In this document: piece after piece, positions 19,459 to 30,141 of the stretch | Layout of the letters: each line of letters opens with the position of its first letter | How positions within the stretch are numbered: the first letter of the stretch is position 1 | IMG/VR virus record: IMGVR_UViG_3300021091_000011 | Reading direction: 5' to 3' (one strand) | Length of the DNA stretch: 64,000 nucleotides | DNA from: a virus | Lineage: Duplodnaviria > Caudoviricetes | Notes under the pieces: generated by a model | Seen by the model: only the letters and a program-made list of their open reading frames with translations | What the model was told of the DNA's origin: nothing | Database searches by the model: none | Translations under genes and position numbers: made by a program

Positions 19459-19555
19459 TTACACCATCCAAACGGTTCGGGACCGCCCGAAAAACCGAAA
19501 ATCGACGTCACTTTTTCGGTTTTTTCAGCCCGAATCAACCGTTTGGATGGTGTAA
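19459..19555. promoter_or_regulatory. Bidirectional early promoter cassette (97 bp)
   Basis: Two back-to-back half elements between divergent genes. Confidence 0.85.
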
Positions 19556-19574
19556 GCAATCTCAAGGAGCGAAC

Positions 19575-20462
19575 ATGGCGATCATCAACAAGTCTGACGG
19601 CACGGTTTCCTACGCGGGCGCGGTTCTTGCGATTGATTGCCGAACCGTCCGGATTATGTCGGACGTGTGGGCGAGCGAAAGTTGCGCCACCGTACTTTGC
19701 GACGACGGCGCAACAAAGGTCATCACGCTCGGGAACGACGAGTTTGGGTACGCATCAACCGCAGAGGTTGACGCGCCCCACGCGGTCATTGAAAAGTGGA
19801 AGGCCGCGCAGGAGCGCGCCCTTGCCGAAGAGATTGCGCGTGATCGAGCCTACCGCGCCGAAAACTACTGCACCCGCATCGAAGCGGGCCGCAAGGTGGT
19901 CGTCGTGCGTGGCCGTAAGGTCAAGGTCGGCACGAAGGGCACCGTCAAGACCGTGCGAAGCGGGGCTTATGGAACATCGGCGTTGATCGCCACGGACACC
20001 GCCGCTGTTTGGTGGATCAACATCGGCAATCTCGCCGTTGAACACGCGCTGCTCAACAATGGCGAGCCGATCAGCGGCGAAACTTGGGAGTCCGTTCAGG
20101 CGGCGATGATGGCCGAAGAGGATGCGCGCCTTGCCGCGATGCCCAAGAACGGCGACAAGGTTCGGCTCAAGTCCGACCCCTCGCGTCAGGGTGTGGTCTT
20201 TTGGGTACGCGGGGATCGCCTCGGTTTCAAGGAGGCTCCGACAGCCGACCCCGTGTGGGCGAACGCTTCTGAAGTCGAGGCCGTGACCGCCGACTTTACG
20301 ATTCCCGCAAATATCGCGGCGAGTCTGCCCGCTCCGTTCAATCGCCTGAGCGTGCTCAAGCCGGACGGCGATAAGTACGTCGCGCTCGACGAGAAGGGCC
20401 GCATGATCGCCACGATGCCTTTGACGAGCGCGATGGTGCTTATCGAGCGTGTCTCGATTTAA
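19575..20462 (+). CDS. Hypothetical early protein with SH3/KOW-like modules
   Basis: MAIINKSDG... with AAGGAG RBS; GRKVVVVRGRKVKVGTKGTV and GDKVRLK segments. Confidence 0.8.
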   Translation: MAIINKSDGTVSYAGAVLAIDCRTVRIMSDVWASESCATVLCDDGATKVITLGNDEFGYASTAEVDAPHAVIEKWKAAQERALAEEIARDRAYRAENYCTRIEAGRKVVVVRGRKVKVGTKGTVKTVRSGAYGTSALIATDTAAVWWINIGNLAVEHALLNNGEPISGETWESVQAAMMAEEDARLAAMPKNGDKVRLKSDPSRQGVVFWVRGDRLGFKEAPTADPVWANASEVEAVTADFTIPANIAASLPAPFNRLSVLKPDGDKYVALDEKGRMIATMPLTSAMVLIERVSI

Positions 20463-23400
20463 CTTGCGGCTTCCAGCACGACGGTCGTAATCGTCGGACT
20501 TGGCAACGGCGAACCGCCGACCAACGTAAATGCGGACGTCGGCAAAGGCGCACCGCCCGCCAGCAAAGACCTCGGCGTGAGACTCGAAAGCCCGCCCCAA
20601 GGCCCAAGCCTTGAAGTCCCTGTGCTCGCATAGTCGATGATTTGAGCGACGCAGGCACCGTTACCGAAAACGCCAGGCGTGCCGTCAGGATTTACGGCAC
20701 CGCTAATCGCAGACGGCGGGACGTTATCGCCCATGCTCGCGGGCAAATCCCAAGTGTCGTCTTGAACGTCGCGCAAGTAGAGCGCGAAGTCCTGATTCAT
20801 GCCGAACCCGCCAGCGGGCACTTGTCCGCTTGGCCCACGCGCATTCGGGTAAGTGATCGCGCTATTGAGTTCGCCATTCGCAGGCGTCGGTCTACGTCCA
20901 CCCGCCGCAATAAGCGACACGCCGCCAAAGCGCATCGCACTCCCTCTAAACGTCGATGAACCCCTGAAAGGTCCAGCCGGACCATCTAGCACCGTAAAGG
21001 GATCGGTCGTAAAGCGACCGTCAATCTCGATTTCGGCCAAGCCCAAGCCCGGACCAGCGCCGTCGCAGAGAGAAGTCAGCGGTACGTCGTCACCGACCTC
21101 GTTTTGGCAAAAGTCCACGCTCGCGTACAAACTCGTCTGGTCATACGAGAACTGCACTTCATCGCCATTCGGCGTCGCCACGATGGACCGCGTGATTGCC
21201 CCATCCCGACTCATCGGTACAGGTGGCGTTCCGGCGTTGAGCACCGTGACGGTTTCGTCAATCGGGCGCGAACATTGATACGTCTTGGTCTGCGGTCGAG
21301 CAGGCGCAAACGTGACTTCAACCAACGTCCCGATTGCGACCGGATTTGCCAGCCTGATTTCTTGCGTGGCCGAATCAAACTGCCAGCCCGCAGCCGGAAT
21401 CGTCACGCCGTCGATACGGACCAAAAATACGCGGTCGCCGTTTATGGCCGAGTCGTTGACGAAAACCGATTGCGTGTCCCGAGCAGGTATCAACCGTACT
21501 TCGGGTGTCGCATCCAAGTTCCAATCACCCGACTTGAAGGTGATCGCCCTATTCAGCACCATGCCAGTTTGAGCGATGCCATAGCCGTAAGGCCGTGCGC
21601 GGACTCGATACGAAACGTCGTCCCAACGTGAGCGGGATACAGACTTAGGGTCGAGCGAACCAAAAGAAATCTCGCCTCGCGCCTGCGTTTGACGAGGCAA
21701 GCGTCGATACTCGACGTTAATCCACGCATCCGACGGATTGACCGTTTCGGTGATATATCCTGCCGCCGTCGATGTAGGCGGCAAGGGCAAATCAGGACGG
21801 TAGAAACTCGCGCCCCATGTGGGATCGACGTACAGCCGCAACTCGCACGTCGCCGTCCAATCCATTGCGATTGGCATAGCAAAAATCGACGAGTTAGGAT
21901 TGTTCGTGACGTCAGAGCGCGGGATGATATAGTTGTTTATGTCCGCAACGTCGCCGCCAAGCCAAATGCCGAACGTGCGGTCAATCGTCGAACCGATTAG
22001 CGCGACAGGGCGCAAAGGAACGACGGTGAACTCGTACCACTCGGTATCAACCGAACCCGCGCCATTGACGCCGAAAATCGCCGTAAAGTCCGTCGTAGTG
22101 GCCGAGAACAGCGACAAAGCAACGCTGCCCGCGAGTGCGTTGTCTACGAACACGGTCACTAGATCAGCGGTCGGGTCACAAACGATTCGATACTCGTGCG
22201 TGTCCCCATCCGTCCAAGTCACGCCCGCGATTGGCCCGAGTTTTACAACGCCGAGTTCATTCGTCAGCGTCAACGTATCGCCCGCACTAAATACCGCGCG
22301 AACGTATTGGGCCGTTGCAGCGCCCGTCTTGACCCGCGCCGCGATGTAGGCATTCGCCACGCCGCTCAGATTCTCAGCAGAGAACCGAGCGGTAAGCACC
22401 GCGCCTTCATGCCCGCAGGCAACAGACGCCGGAACAGTCTGCGTCCATTCAGGCGTCAACGCCGCAGGTTTGTTGATGCCGAGGCTTTGCCCCCACGCAA
22501 TCGGCGTCACCGCAACGCCGTTGGAAACCCAACCCTCGTCCTCAAGGGTTTGCAGGCCCGAGAAGAAGTTAGAAGGCAGGTCCGTAATCAAGCTGCGTTG
22601 GGGGTTTATGACGAAGCCGACAGGCTTTTTGTAGAGCAGATTCACGAGACGCACTTCGCGTGCGCCGTCCCTGATTCTTAGCGCGATATCACCCGCACCC
22701 AACGTCGCAGATTCGACTGTGGTGGTCGCTAAGAAGTTCGTCGTGACTTTGTTCGTGAGATGCGGCTCGACGCGAGAGTAACCAAACTCGAAATCGAGCG
22801 CGTTAGACCGTGCCGAGGAAGAAAGCACCAACTCGCCAAGCGACAAACTGCCCGCGCCGTAGCCGCCCGTGATAAACCACGGGTCCGTGGCATCTTCGGG
22901 CAGCACGGTCATATCGTCGGCTACATAGACGCCAGAAACGGTCTGCGTAAGTGCGATGGGGTTTGCGGCATACTGCGCTAAATCCCACGCCGATTTGTTC
23001 GCAGCCCTTCGGGAAATCGAACCGAAGAAATACCCGCCCGAAATGCTCGCCGGAATCAACAGTCCAGTTTCAGCCGGATACGCTGGCGCTTGGACCGAAC
23101 CAATCGTCCCCGATACGCGCCCGCTCAAATAGGCCGTGACGGTCCCATTCGGGAAGTCTACAATGGCCCGAACGCCATTGAAATCCTGAGCCAACCACGG
23201 TGTCTCGTAGAAAACCGTGAATTGCCCGCCACCGAACGAGTTAATGTTTGTCGGAAGGGCGGGCGTAAAAGTCAGGCTCACGCCTCCGTCCGTTTGTGCG
23301 ACGATGCCGCAGGACGAAATCGTGTAAATGCCCGCTTGAGGACCATCGGCTACTCGGAATCGTGAGCCGTAGCCCAAGCCGACCGCGTACTCTGCCGAAG

Positions 23401-25528
23401 TGACGGTGATCGTATTTTGACTCGTCGCCGTCGCCGTCGCGCTCGGACCAATCTGCCAAGACGCTTCCAAGTCCGGTCGATTGCCGTCGAGCAATAGGCC
23501 GAAGTGCTGAACGCCGCTTACGAGCAACGCGCCGATTACGATAAGCCTGCGCCCATCGTAAGTGCCGAAAGCCAAGCCCGAGAACACGCCATCGTAAGTG
23601 CTTACTTCAACGCCCTTGAATCGAGCGGAGGCTTGAACGATGGTGGGGAGCGCAATATCCAGATTCTTGTAGTAAAGCGAAGCGGTGCCGTCCGGATAAT
23701 CGCCCGCGTTCGCGTCTACGATGAGATAGGACCCATCGCCAATCACGACTCCGGCGTCCGCGCCCGTCAATAACCAACCTTGATTCGCAGGCGTGGACGT
23801 GCCCGTAAACCGTCCGATTTGTCGAACAGACGCCGCCGTAAGTTGGCCGTTTGAGATCGCGTGCGGATTATTATTGAGCAGCAGCGTCGTCGGGTCATTG
23901 GTCAACGCCGAGTAGTCGCGCTGATACCCGATGTAAGTATGCCCGACTCGCTTCGGCTCAGGTCTAACCAGCGGACCAAGAACGGTCGAGTAGGGAAAGC
24001 GCATGGTGTTTTGCACACCACGGCCATAAGCAACCGGAGGCGGCAACGCCGTGTGGCCGTTTGCACGTCCCCAATTGTTCAGCGTCAATCCTGATGTGTT
24101 CAAACCCGAAAGCGCGAAGATCGGGTTCACGATCCAACAGTAATCAACCTCAACAGTCGCCGCACCCGCTGGAAACAAAGGAATAGGCACTATGGGGAAA
24201 ATCTCACCCGTGTACGGATTCACGTCGGCGATTGCTATTGAAACGCCGTTGACTCTGACTTCAACGTCGTTAGGACCAGCAGGCGTCCAATCGCCCCACG
24301 ATTTAACCAGCGGGCCGCGTTTCGTGCGAATACGGTCATTGGCAAGGCCGGATACACCGACAAAACCATAGACCAGATTGAACACGAAGTTCCACGCCGC
24401 CGTGTAAATCGTCTCCGATGCCTGCAAGCCTACGGACGAGATTTTCAATCCCGAGGCCGAAAGCCCCGCATCGAGAAACACGCCCACGCCCGCAGGCATA
24501 CTCGCAGGCTGTGTCAACGCCGCATCGCTGAACGAATCGAAAGGGATGCCGTCAATCAGGACGGTGCATAGCCCCGCCTGACTGTTTCTAATAACGGTGA
24601 GTTCGAATACCGACGCAGACCAATCGAACTCCATGGTAGACGCAAAGCCGCCCGCTTCGATGCTGATTTCTTTGATCGGGCCGGATACGCCTAGTGTAAC
24701 ATCAATCTGCGATACGCCGTCGCTCACTAAAAAGCGCGGCGCACCAGAGGCCGTCGTCGCGTCAATTGAAAACACGGCTTGGAAAGACGCCGAAGCGGTG
24801 ATTTTGCCGCTCGTGTCCTCAAACTGCCAGCCGTAGGTCGCCGCAGACAAAGGCTTTTCGAGAAGCAGATTGCCCGCGACTATTGAAGAAGAACCCGAGC
24901 CGATCTCTACGCCATCGAAGCCCACGGCCAGATTCGGCAACACGGACGCATCGTAAGAGAGGGCTTCAGCCGGACCAACTTCGCCGTTGTATGAAATCGT
25001 CGTGATTTGCCCGATTTCGAGCGTAATCTCGCCGCCGTCAAAACTCGCGCCATTGATCGAAGGGCTAATCGGGTAATCGCCCGAGATGACGTAAGAACCA
25101 TCCTCTTGCACAGCACCGTTGTCGAGCAACGGCGCTGCACGACCCAAGTCGTCTTTGACGGTGATGGTGACCGAGCCGACGTCTACGCTGACATCCGTGG
25201 TGAGCGTTTGGCCGAGAGCTAAGAACGACTCGGTGTTGTAAGGAGATGCGAGAACTTGGCCCGTGAGGTTTTCGGGTCCAGAGACGATGACCGAGTAAAT
25301 GCCGCCGAGCGTCGTTCCAGAGACGGTCAAGTCCACGGCTAAGAAGCCGCCGCTTGACGGATTGGCCGTTTGAACACTTTGAACGACGACGGCTGCGCCT
25401 AAAAGCGCGGTGATTGAGTATGAAGAAGTGGCGGTCAAAGCAGCGTTGCCCGCCATAGGGACGTTAAACGCCACCCTGACTCGGCAACCGTCTAGCGATG
25501 AGACATCAGTTATCTCCGGCACGGGCAT
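20459..25528 (-). CDS. Very large beta-rich virion structural protein (baseplate/tail-associated)
   Basis: 1689 aa, Ig-like/beta-sandwich composition, late motif upstream. Confidence 0.8.
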   Translation of the reverse strand: MPVPEITDVSSLDGCRVRVAFNVPMAGNAALTATSSYSITALLGAAVVVQSVQTANPSSGGFLAVDLTVSGTTLGGIYSVIVSGPENLTGQVLASPYNTESFLALGQTLTTDVSVDVGSVTITVKDDLGRAAPLLDNGAVQEDGSYVISGDYPISPSINGASFDGGEITLEIGQITTISYNGEVGPAEALSYDASVLPNLAVGFDGVEIGSGSSSIVAGNLLLEKPLSAATYGWQFEDTSGKITASASFQAVFSIDATTASGAPRFLVSDGVSQIDVTLGVSGPIKEISIEAGGFASTMEFDWSASVFELTVIRNSQAGLCTVLIDGIPFDSFSDAALTQPASMPAGVGVFLDAGLSASGLKISSVGLQASETIYTAAWNFVFNLVYGFVGVSGLANDRIRTKRGPLVKSWGDWTPAGPNDVEVRVNGVSIAIADVNPYTGEIFPIVPIPLFPAGAATVEVDYCWIVNPIFALSGLNTSGLTLNNWGRANGHTALPPPVAYGRGVQNTMRFPYSTVLGPLVRPEPKRVGHTYIGYQRDYSALTNDPTTLLLNNNPHAISNGQLTAASVRQIGRFTGTSTPANQGWLLTGADAGVVIGDGSYLIVDANAGDYPDGTASLYYKNLDIALPTIVQASARFKGVEVSTYDGVFSGLAFGTYDGRRLIVIGALLVSGVQHFGLLLDGNRPDLEASWQIGPSATATATSQNTITVTSAEYAVGLGYGSRFRVADGPQAGIYTISSCGIVAQTDGGVSLTFTPALPTNINSFGGGQFTVFYETPWLAQDFNGVRAIVDFPNGTVTAYLSGRVSGTIGSVQAPAYPAETGLLIPASISGGYFFGSISRRAANKSAWDLAQYAANPIALTQTVSGVYVADDMTVLPEDATDPWFITGGYGAGSLSLGELVLSSSARSNALDFEFGYSRVEPHLTNKVTTNFLATTTVESATLGAGDIALRIRDGAREVRLVNLLYKKPVGFVINPQRSLITDLPSNFFSGLQTLEDEGWVSNGVAVTPIAWGQSLGINKPAALTPEWTQTVPASVACGHEGAVLTARFSAENLSGVANAYIAARVKTGAATAQYVRAVFSAGDTLTLTNELGVVKLGPIAGVTWTDGDTHEYRIVCDPTADLVTVFVDNALAGSVALSLFSATTTDFTAIFGVNGAGSVDTEWYEFTVVPLRPVALIGSTIDRTFGIWLGGDVADINNYIIPRSDVTNNPNSSIFAMPIAMDWTATCELRLYVDPTWGASFYRPDLPLPPTSTAAGYITETVNPSDAWINVEYRRLPRQTQARGEISFGSLDPKSVSRSRWDDVSYRVRARPYGYGIAQTGMVLNRAITFKSGDWNLDATPEVRLIPARDTQSVFVNDSAINGDRVFLVRIDGVTIPAAGWQFDSATQEIRLANPVAIGTLVEVTFAPARPQTKTYQCSRPIDETVTVLNAGTPPVPMSRDGAITRSIVATPNGDEVQFSYDQTSLYASVDFCQNEVGDDVPLTSLCDGAGPGLGLAEIEIDGRFTTDPFTVLDGPAGPFRGSSTFRGSAMRFGGVSLIAAGGRRPTPANGELNSAITYPNARGPSGQVPAGGFGMNQDFALYLRDVQDDTWDLPASMGDNVPPSAISGAVNPDGTPGVFGNGACVAQIIDYASTGTSRLGPWGGLSSLTPRSLLAGGAPLPTSAFTLVGGSPLPSPTITTVVLEAAS

Positions 25529-25566
25529 TGGCCGACCCTTTTCTATGCGCGCAAAAGGGCAGGAGG

Positions 25567-25580
25567 GATAGCCGTGTTAG
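25567..25580 (-). promoter_or_regulatory. Putative late promoter CTAACACGGCTATC
   Basis: Exact motif match upstream of the 1689-aa gene. Confidence 0.6.
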
Positions 25581-25703
25581 CGGGAATAGCGCGGATTATT
25601 AGGCGGCTCCAGCCTGAAGCTACGCCCGCGCCGAGGCCATACTCGCCATAGAGCCTCCGCACTATGAGGGGTCGATAGCCGAAATATGCGGTATGATTAG
25701 GCT

Positions 25704-25964
25704 ATGAACCGGATCAGCCGCAGAGAATACCTTTTCGCTACGCACGTCCCGCTCAAGAACGAGATTGTGCGCTATACGACCCGAGAGATCGCCAACATGA
25801 TCGGCATCAACCTTGTCGAAGGATACCGAATCGGTGCGCGATTATGTCGCAAGGGCATCGTGAAAAAAGATCACGACTTTGAAGCGTATTACCTAACGCC
25901 CCGAGGTTATGATTGGTGCCTGCAAGTCTATCCGCGTATTTGGCGTCAGACCTCAGACGAATAA
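25704..25964 (+). CDS. Putative winged-helix DNA-binding protein
   Basis: TTREIANMIGI...RLCRKGIV...YYLTPRG pattern. Confidence 0.55.
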   Translation: MNRISRREYLFATHVPLKNEIVRYTTREIANMIGINLVEGYRIGARLCRKGIVKKDHDFEAYYLTPRGYDWCLQVYPRIWRQTSDE

Positions 25965-26188
25965 ATCAGGCTTTTCATCGTTCGAATCATTTGTCCGAAC
26001 GATTGAGCCGGAACCTTGGCTTCGTCCGCAAAATACTGCCGACGAAACTCGCGCATTACCGATGCGCCTTGGTCCTCAAATAAAAAGTGGACACGATTGC
26101 CTTCCCGTTCAACATCAATGAACGGAACGCCTGCTACACGCAGGAAGGCCGCAAAGTAGAGGTCGCTGGTCTTGTACGTCGTGAACAT
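25946..26188 (-). CDS. DUF5659-like small protein
   Basis: YKTSDLYFAAFL...REGNRVHFLF pattern. Confidence 0.7.
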   Translation of the reverse strand: MFTTYKTSDLYFAAFLRVAGVPFIDVEREGNRVHFLFEDQGASVMREFRRQYFADEAKVPAQSFGQMIRTMKSLIYSSEV

Positions 26189-26398
26189 TTACCATCATTC
26201 CGAAATCCCGTAGAGGTCGAGTTTTGCCTCTAACGCCGAAAGTTGGCGGGGTGAAAGATCGCGTCCGTGTTTCAGACCTTCTCCTAGTGACTTCGCAAAA
26301 TCCATCGTCCAAACTTATATAGCGGCTAATGCTAAAAGCAAAAAACCCGCAAGGCACAAGGCCGAGCGGGTTTCAGCAGACTTGAAAGAGTCTAAAAA

Positions 26399-27064
26399 TC
26401 AGGGACCCGTGTAAAGCGCGCCCGCATCGGTGTAAATCACAATAGCCGTGCTAGATACACCGTCGTACTCGAAGCCAGAGGACAAGAACGCCGCGATCTG
26501 GCCTTCGTAGTACGAGATGTTGAAAGGCGCACCGGAGGCGTAAATCTTGCGCTCCGTGAGCGTGCCGAACGTCTCAGTAGCGCGCGTAGCAGGCTGCGTA
26601 CCCGCAATCAGCGTGCCAGCGGGCAGGAGGTAATCACCACCCGCCACGACGGACAGCAGATTGGCGAGCACACCGTTAGAACCAGCACCCGTCAACTGCG
26701 TGCCCGCACCCGCACCAGCGGCCACGAGGTCCGCGTTCACGTTAACGGCAGAAATGGTGCCGCCCGCATCGAGGCGAGCGATGATCAACAAAGCGGCGGC
26801 ATTTGCGATAGCCGGAGTGATCGCCACGTTCGCAACATTGTCCTCAACGTGGTCGAGCAAGTACGCCGCAATGCCGTGATAGGCAAGCGGGGTGCTGCCA
26901 CCCGAGAGGGCGACCGTGTCATTGGCGGGACGACCAAGGTACTTGGTCTGACCCTTGGGGTCAATCGCGCCATTACGCTGCGAGGTGTTCGGGGAGAGAT
27001 CGAGTAACTGAAGGACACCGTTGGGGATGTCCGTCCGCTTCACGCAAATATAAACAGCAGCCAT
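26399..27064 (-). CDS. Ala/Gly-rich virion structural protein
   Basis: 221 aa, GGAG RBS, followed by a terminator-like hairpin (26340-26373). Confidence 0.75.
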   Translation of the reverse strand: MAAVYICVKRTDIPNGVLQLLDLSPNTSQRNGAIDPKGQTKYLGRPANDTVALSGGSTPLAYHGIAAYLLDHVEDNVANVAITPAIANAAALLIIARLDAGGTISAVNVNADLVAAGAGAGTQLTGAGSNGVLANLLSVVAGGDYLLPAGTLIAGTQPATRATETFGTLTERKIYASGAPFNISYYEGQIAAFLSSGFEYDGVSSTAIVIYTDAGALYTGP

Positions 27065-27137
27065 GACTAACTCCTAGAGTTTGTTGAAGGGGGACGATCC
27101 CCACGATTAGAAAGCAGTATAAACGCCCTAACGTCAT

Positions 27138-27827
27138 TCAAGCCTGAATACCGTTCACTATGCCAGCCGTCATCGTGAAAGGAACGGCACCACCAGAACC
27201 CCGAAGCAAAATCTCATTCGCGCCGGATTCAGCGTAGCCTCGGCTTGTTTCAGCGGGCACCCGCATTTCAACCAAGCCAATGCCCAACGAAAGGTAAAGG
27301 TCGTCGCCGCCCGAAGCATTTTCGTTGTAGATACGCAGTTCTTCTGCAAACTTCGGCAGATATACCCGCAGGCCATTTTCAGGCGGCAGGTTATTGCCAC
27401 GGCTCGCAAGGTTCGGAGCCGTGCCAACTAGCACTAAACTACGTCGTCCCGTTTTGAAGAAATCAGGCGGCGGGATCACGAGAATCGGGCCATTCGGTAA
27501 AAAGCCCGCCGCAGTCTGCTCGGCCACACGCAAGTAAAGAATGTCCGTGTCGCCCGGAATCGTCGCATTCGCATAATCGTTGATGTCTAACCACAAGCGA
27601 GTCAAACCAAGATTCGAGCCGTCATTGCGATAAGCCCGATTACGCTGCACCGTAGGCGACGAGAAAACGTCGCTACTACGGACAGTTAAAAAGTTCGTCG
27701 GAGCGGAGAACGCCGTGTCTAAATCATTCGCCGCACTCAGTCGATAGCCGATCACGCCCGGACGATTCCGAATCGCCAAGTCCATGATCCCCAAGGCCCG
27801 TCTCACAAGTCTCGGTACTACCGACAT
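27138..27827 (-). CDS. Hypothetical virion protein
   Basis: 229-aa beta-rich ORF with GGAGAG RBS. Confidence 0.75.
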   Translation of the reverse strand: MSVVPRLVRRALGIMDLAIRNRPGVIGYRLSAANDLDTAFSAPTNFLTVRSSDVFSSPTVQRNRAYRNDGSNLGLTRLWLDINDYANATIPGDTDILYLRVAEQTAAGFLPNGPILVIPPPDFFKTGRRSLVLVGTAPNLASRGNNLPPENGLRVYLPKFAEELRIYNENASGGDDLYLSLGIGLVEMRVPAETSRGYAESGANEILLRGSGGAVPFTMTAGIVNGIQA

Positions 27828-27979
27828 TCTCGCTCTCCTGCTTCGTCTCCACGCTTACCGGATTGGTAAAAGTGCGGCCCCACATGGAACACGCATCACC
27901 CCAACCGTCCATCATCTATAAAGCCTTTGAATGACGTAAGCGTAGATACCCCCGCAGGCTTATAGCCCGCCTAACGTGG

Positions 27980-28357
27980 TCACTTCTTTTCCTTCGTCGC
28001 CATCTTTTCATAACCCGAAGTGTCCTTGCCTTTGGACTTGGCGAGTTTCGCCGCTTCGGACCACGAATCTACGCGCTCGCCGCCGACGTTCGGCACGAGT
28101 CTCACGCCAGGACCGTCATTCTTCATTTCGCGCTGCTTCGCATCTAGCCGTCGATTCTTCTCGGCCATTTGCTTCGCAACACGTCCGTTTTTAGAAGCCC
28201 AACCGTCGCCCGCCAAGACAAACCCGACGGGTGCCACGGTCTTGCGAGCCGTCACACCGCAAGTCGGGCAGGCTTGCGGTTCATCGTATCGGGCTAAAGG
28301 AAGAACCTGCTCGAATTCGCACCCGCAGGCGTCACACGCATAAGTGTAAATCGGCAT
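27980..28357 (-). CDS. FmdB-family zinc-ribbon protein
   Basis: MPIYTYACDACG...ACPTCG N-terminus. Confidence 0.85.
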   Translation of the reverse strand: MPIYTYACDACGCEFEQVLPLARYDEPQACPTCGVTARKTVAPVGFVLAGDGWASKNGRVAKQMAEKNRRLDAKQREMKNDGPGVRLVPNVGGERVDSWSEAAKLAKSKGKDTSGYEKMATKEKK

Positions 28358-28361
28358 AAGA

Positions 28362-29159
28362 TCAAACCGCCATGTAGTTCATATCGACTTCGCCCTGAAC
28401 GCCCGCGACCTTGCCCTTGTTCGTGTATTGCCAAATGTGCCAATTGCCCCAAGGGTTCAAGTTCACAGGCTGATCGCCCCAACGCGGCGTCCACAAAGGA
28501 TAAGCCTCAAGCCCCGCACCGCCGCTGAGTTTTTCAGTTATGATGCGCCTGCTCGTGTAAACGATAGGACGACGCTTGAACTCGCGCTCGGCTTCCTGCA
28601 ACCACGAAATCGCCCACTCGGTCGCCGCTTGACCTGATACGCCGAAATCAGCCTCAAGGTCCAACGCGGCGGGCAGGTCGAGATTCCAATGCCCGACGAC
28701 GGACATAAAGTTATCGAACTCGGCCCACGGCGTATTCGTCCCCATGCGCGCAAAGTGATAGGCACCGAACTTGAGGCCGACGCCTCTTGCGCCCGAACAA
28801 TGCGAGGCAAACTCTTGGGATTTCCACGTCACGCCTTCGCTCGCCTTGGCGTACACGAAGTCAATGCCCGCGACGGACGACCAGACGATGCCCTTTTGGT
28901 AATCCGAAACATCCATGCCCGTCGTGACTTGAGCGTACACGCCGAGTGACGTAAGAACCTCCGGACCCGCGATACCGTCTACGGACAGTTCGAGTTGGGT
29001 CTGGTAGTTTCTGACGGCTTGCTCGGTGTTTGATCCGAACAAGCCGTCGACGTTGGCGTATGAACTCGCCATAGGCCAAGCCCAAGCGGGCAAGGTGCGC
29101 TGAAGATACTTGACTTCAGAACCCTTGTCGCCGCGTTTGAGGGACTTGAAGATTCGCAT
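28362..29159 (-). CDS. Endolysin: PG_binding_1 domain plus GH25 muramidase
   Basis: LKRGDKGSEVKYLQ...DGLFGSNTEQAV..YQ; GMDVSDYQ, KASEG, AYHFA, ALDLEAD, WQYT, VDMN. Confidence 0.92.
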   Translation of the reverse strand: MRIFKSLKRGDKGSEVKYLQRTLPAWAWPMASSYANVDGLFGSNTEQAVRNYQTQLELSVDGIAGPEVLTSLGVYAQVTTGMDVSDYQKGIVWSSVAGIDFVYAKASEGVTWKSQEFASHCSGARGVGLKFGAYHFARMGTNTPWAEFDNFMSVVGHWNLDLPAALDLEADFGVSGQAATEWAISWLQEAEREFKRRPIVYTSRRIITEKLSGGAGLEAYPLWTPRWGDQPVNLNPWGNWHIWQYTNKGKVAGVQGEVDMNYMAV

Positions 29160-29251
29160 GAGCACCTGTTCGTGAGAAGTGGTGCCACACTATACCGCTT
29201 TTTTGCGGTCAATCCTTAGATTTCTTGGCAAACGGATTCTTAGCGTCGATC

Positions 29252-29368
29252 TTATATTCCGCAATATCGGAATCCGGAATCTCTACTCGGGATGATGATG
29301 AAGTTCACCGCAAGGAACGGTGCCATGTTCTCGTGGGCGTTTCCACCACCCGCATTGTCAATAGTCAA
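29252..29368 (-). pseudogene. Remnant of a tail-collar/microcystin-dependent-protein C-terminus
   Basis: Intergenic frame reads LTIDNAGGGNAHENMAPFLAVNFII, with no upstream body of the gene. Confidence 0.55.
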
Positions 29369-29391
29369 TGCGATAGGCGTGGTATTTAACC

Positions 29392-30141
29392 TTACGAATG
29401 GTGATAACCTGCGTAACGCCGAGCGACTATGATCGCACTCGGCGCAGGCTCAATCGTCGCTCCGGACAAGTTCAAACCCAAGCCATTCGCAAATCGAAAC
29501 TTGCGGGCCTTATTCAACACGGCGACGGCGTGCTTACAAAGCCAATGCTTCCCGCTTGGATCTTTTTCGACGGGCTTAGAGGCCGTGCCGACGGGCTTGC
29601 CGTATAAATACTGATTGACCTTGGCCCAATGCTCCGGCCCTTGCCACCGAAAGAAGTTGCAACTGCAAGAGATTTGAACGTGATGTTTGTCAACCGACTT
29701 CGCGTTGCCCTTGCGTTGGACTTTCAGGCGAATCGAGTATTTCTCGCCTTTCGATCCGTTCACCGAGAACGACCAAAAGCCCTTACCCGGCAAAACACGG
29801 CTGATGCTCGGGTTGATCCCATTCGCTTTAGCGATCACGTCGGGGCTGACTTTCGCCAGCACGTCCGAGATTAACGCCGCGCGTTTCGGATACGTCATTT
29901 CACCCTGCACGAAATCCGTGACGCCATTTTGGGTCACGCGCGACGTAGGGGGGTTTGCTTCGTCGTGATGCTGATTCGGCAGTTGGTTGCCCTTCGGCAA
30001 ACCCTTCTTGTCGTCCGGCGAATGCGTGTAGGTCGTCGAAGTATCAGCGCGATACCCCACGTTGTCGTCAGGCTGATTAACTTCGTCATTGGGGCTGGAT
30101 TGGTCGTAGAGGACCAAATCACCCGCGCGCTTAGAATTCAT
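29392..30141 (-). CDS. SWIM-type zinc-finger protein with cargo-like termini
   Basis: CSCNFFRWQGPEH...LCKH; start MNSKRA coupled to the upstream stop; ends PSAIIVARRY. Confidence 0.8.
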   Translation of the reverse strand: MNSKRAGDLVLYDQSSPNDEVNQPDDNVGYRADTSTTYTHSPDDKKGLPKGNQLPNQHHDEANPPTSRVTQNGVTDFVQGEMTYPKRAALISDVLAKVSPDVIAKANGINPSISRVLPGKGFWSFSVNGSKGEKYSIRLKVQRKGNAKSVDKHHVQISCSCNFFRWQGPEHWAKVNQYLYGKPVGTASKPVEKDPSGKHWLCKHAVAVLNKARKFRFANGLGLNLSGATIEPAPSAIIVARRYAGYHHS

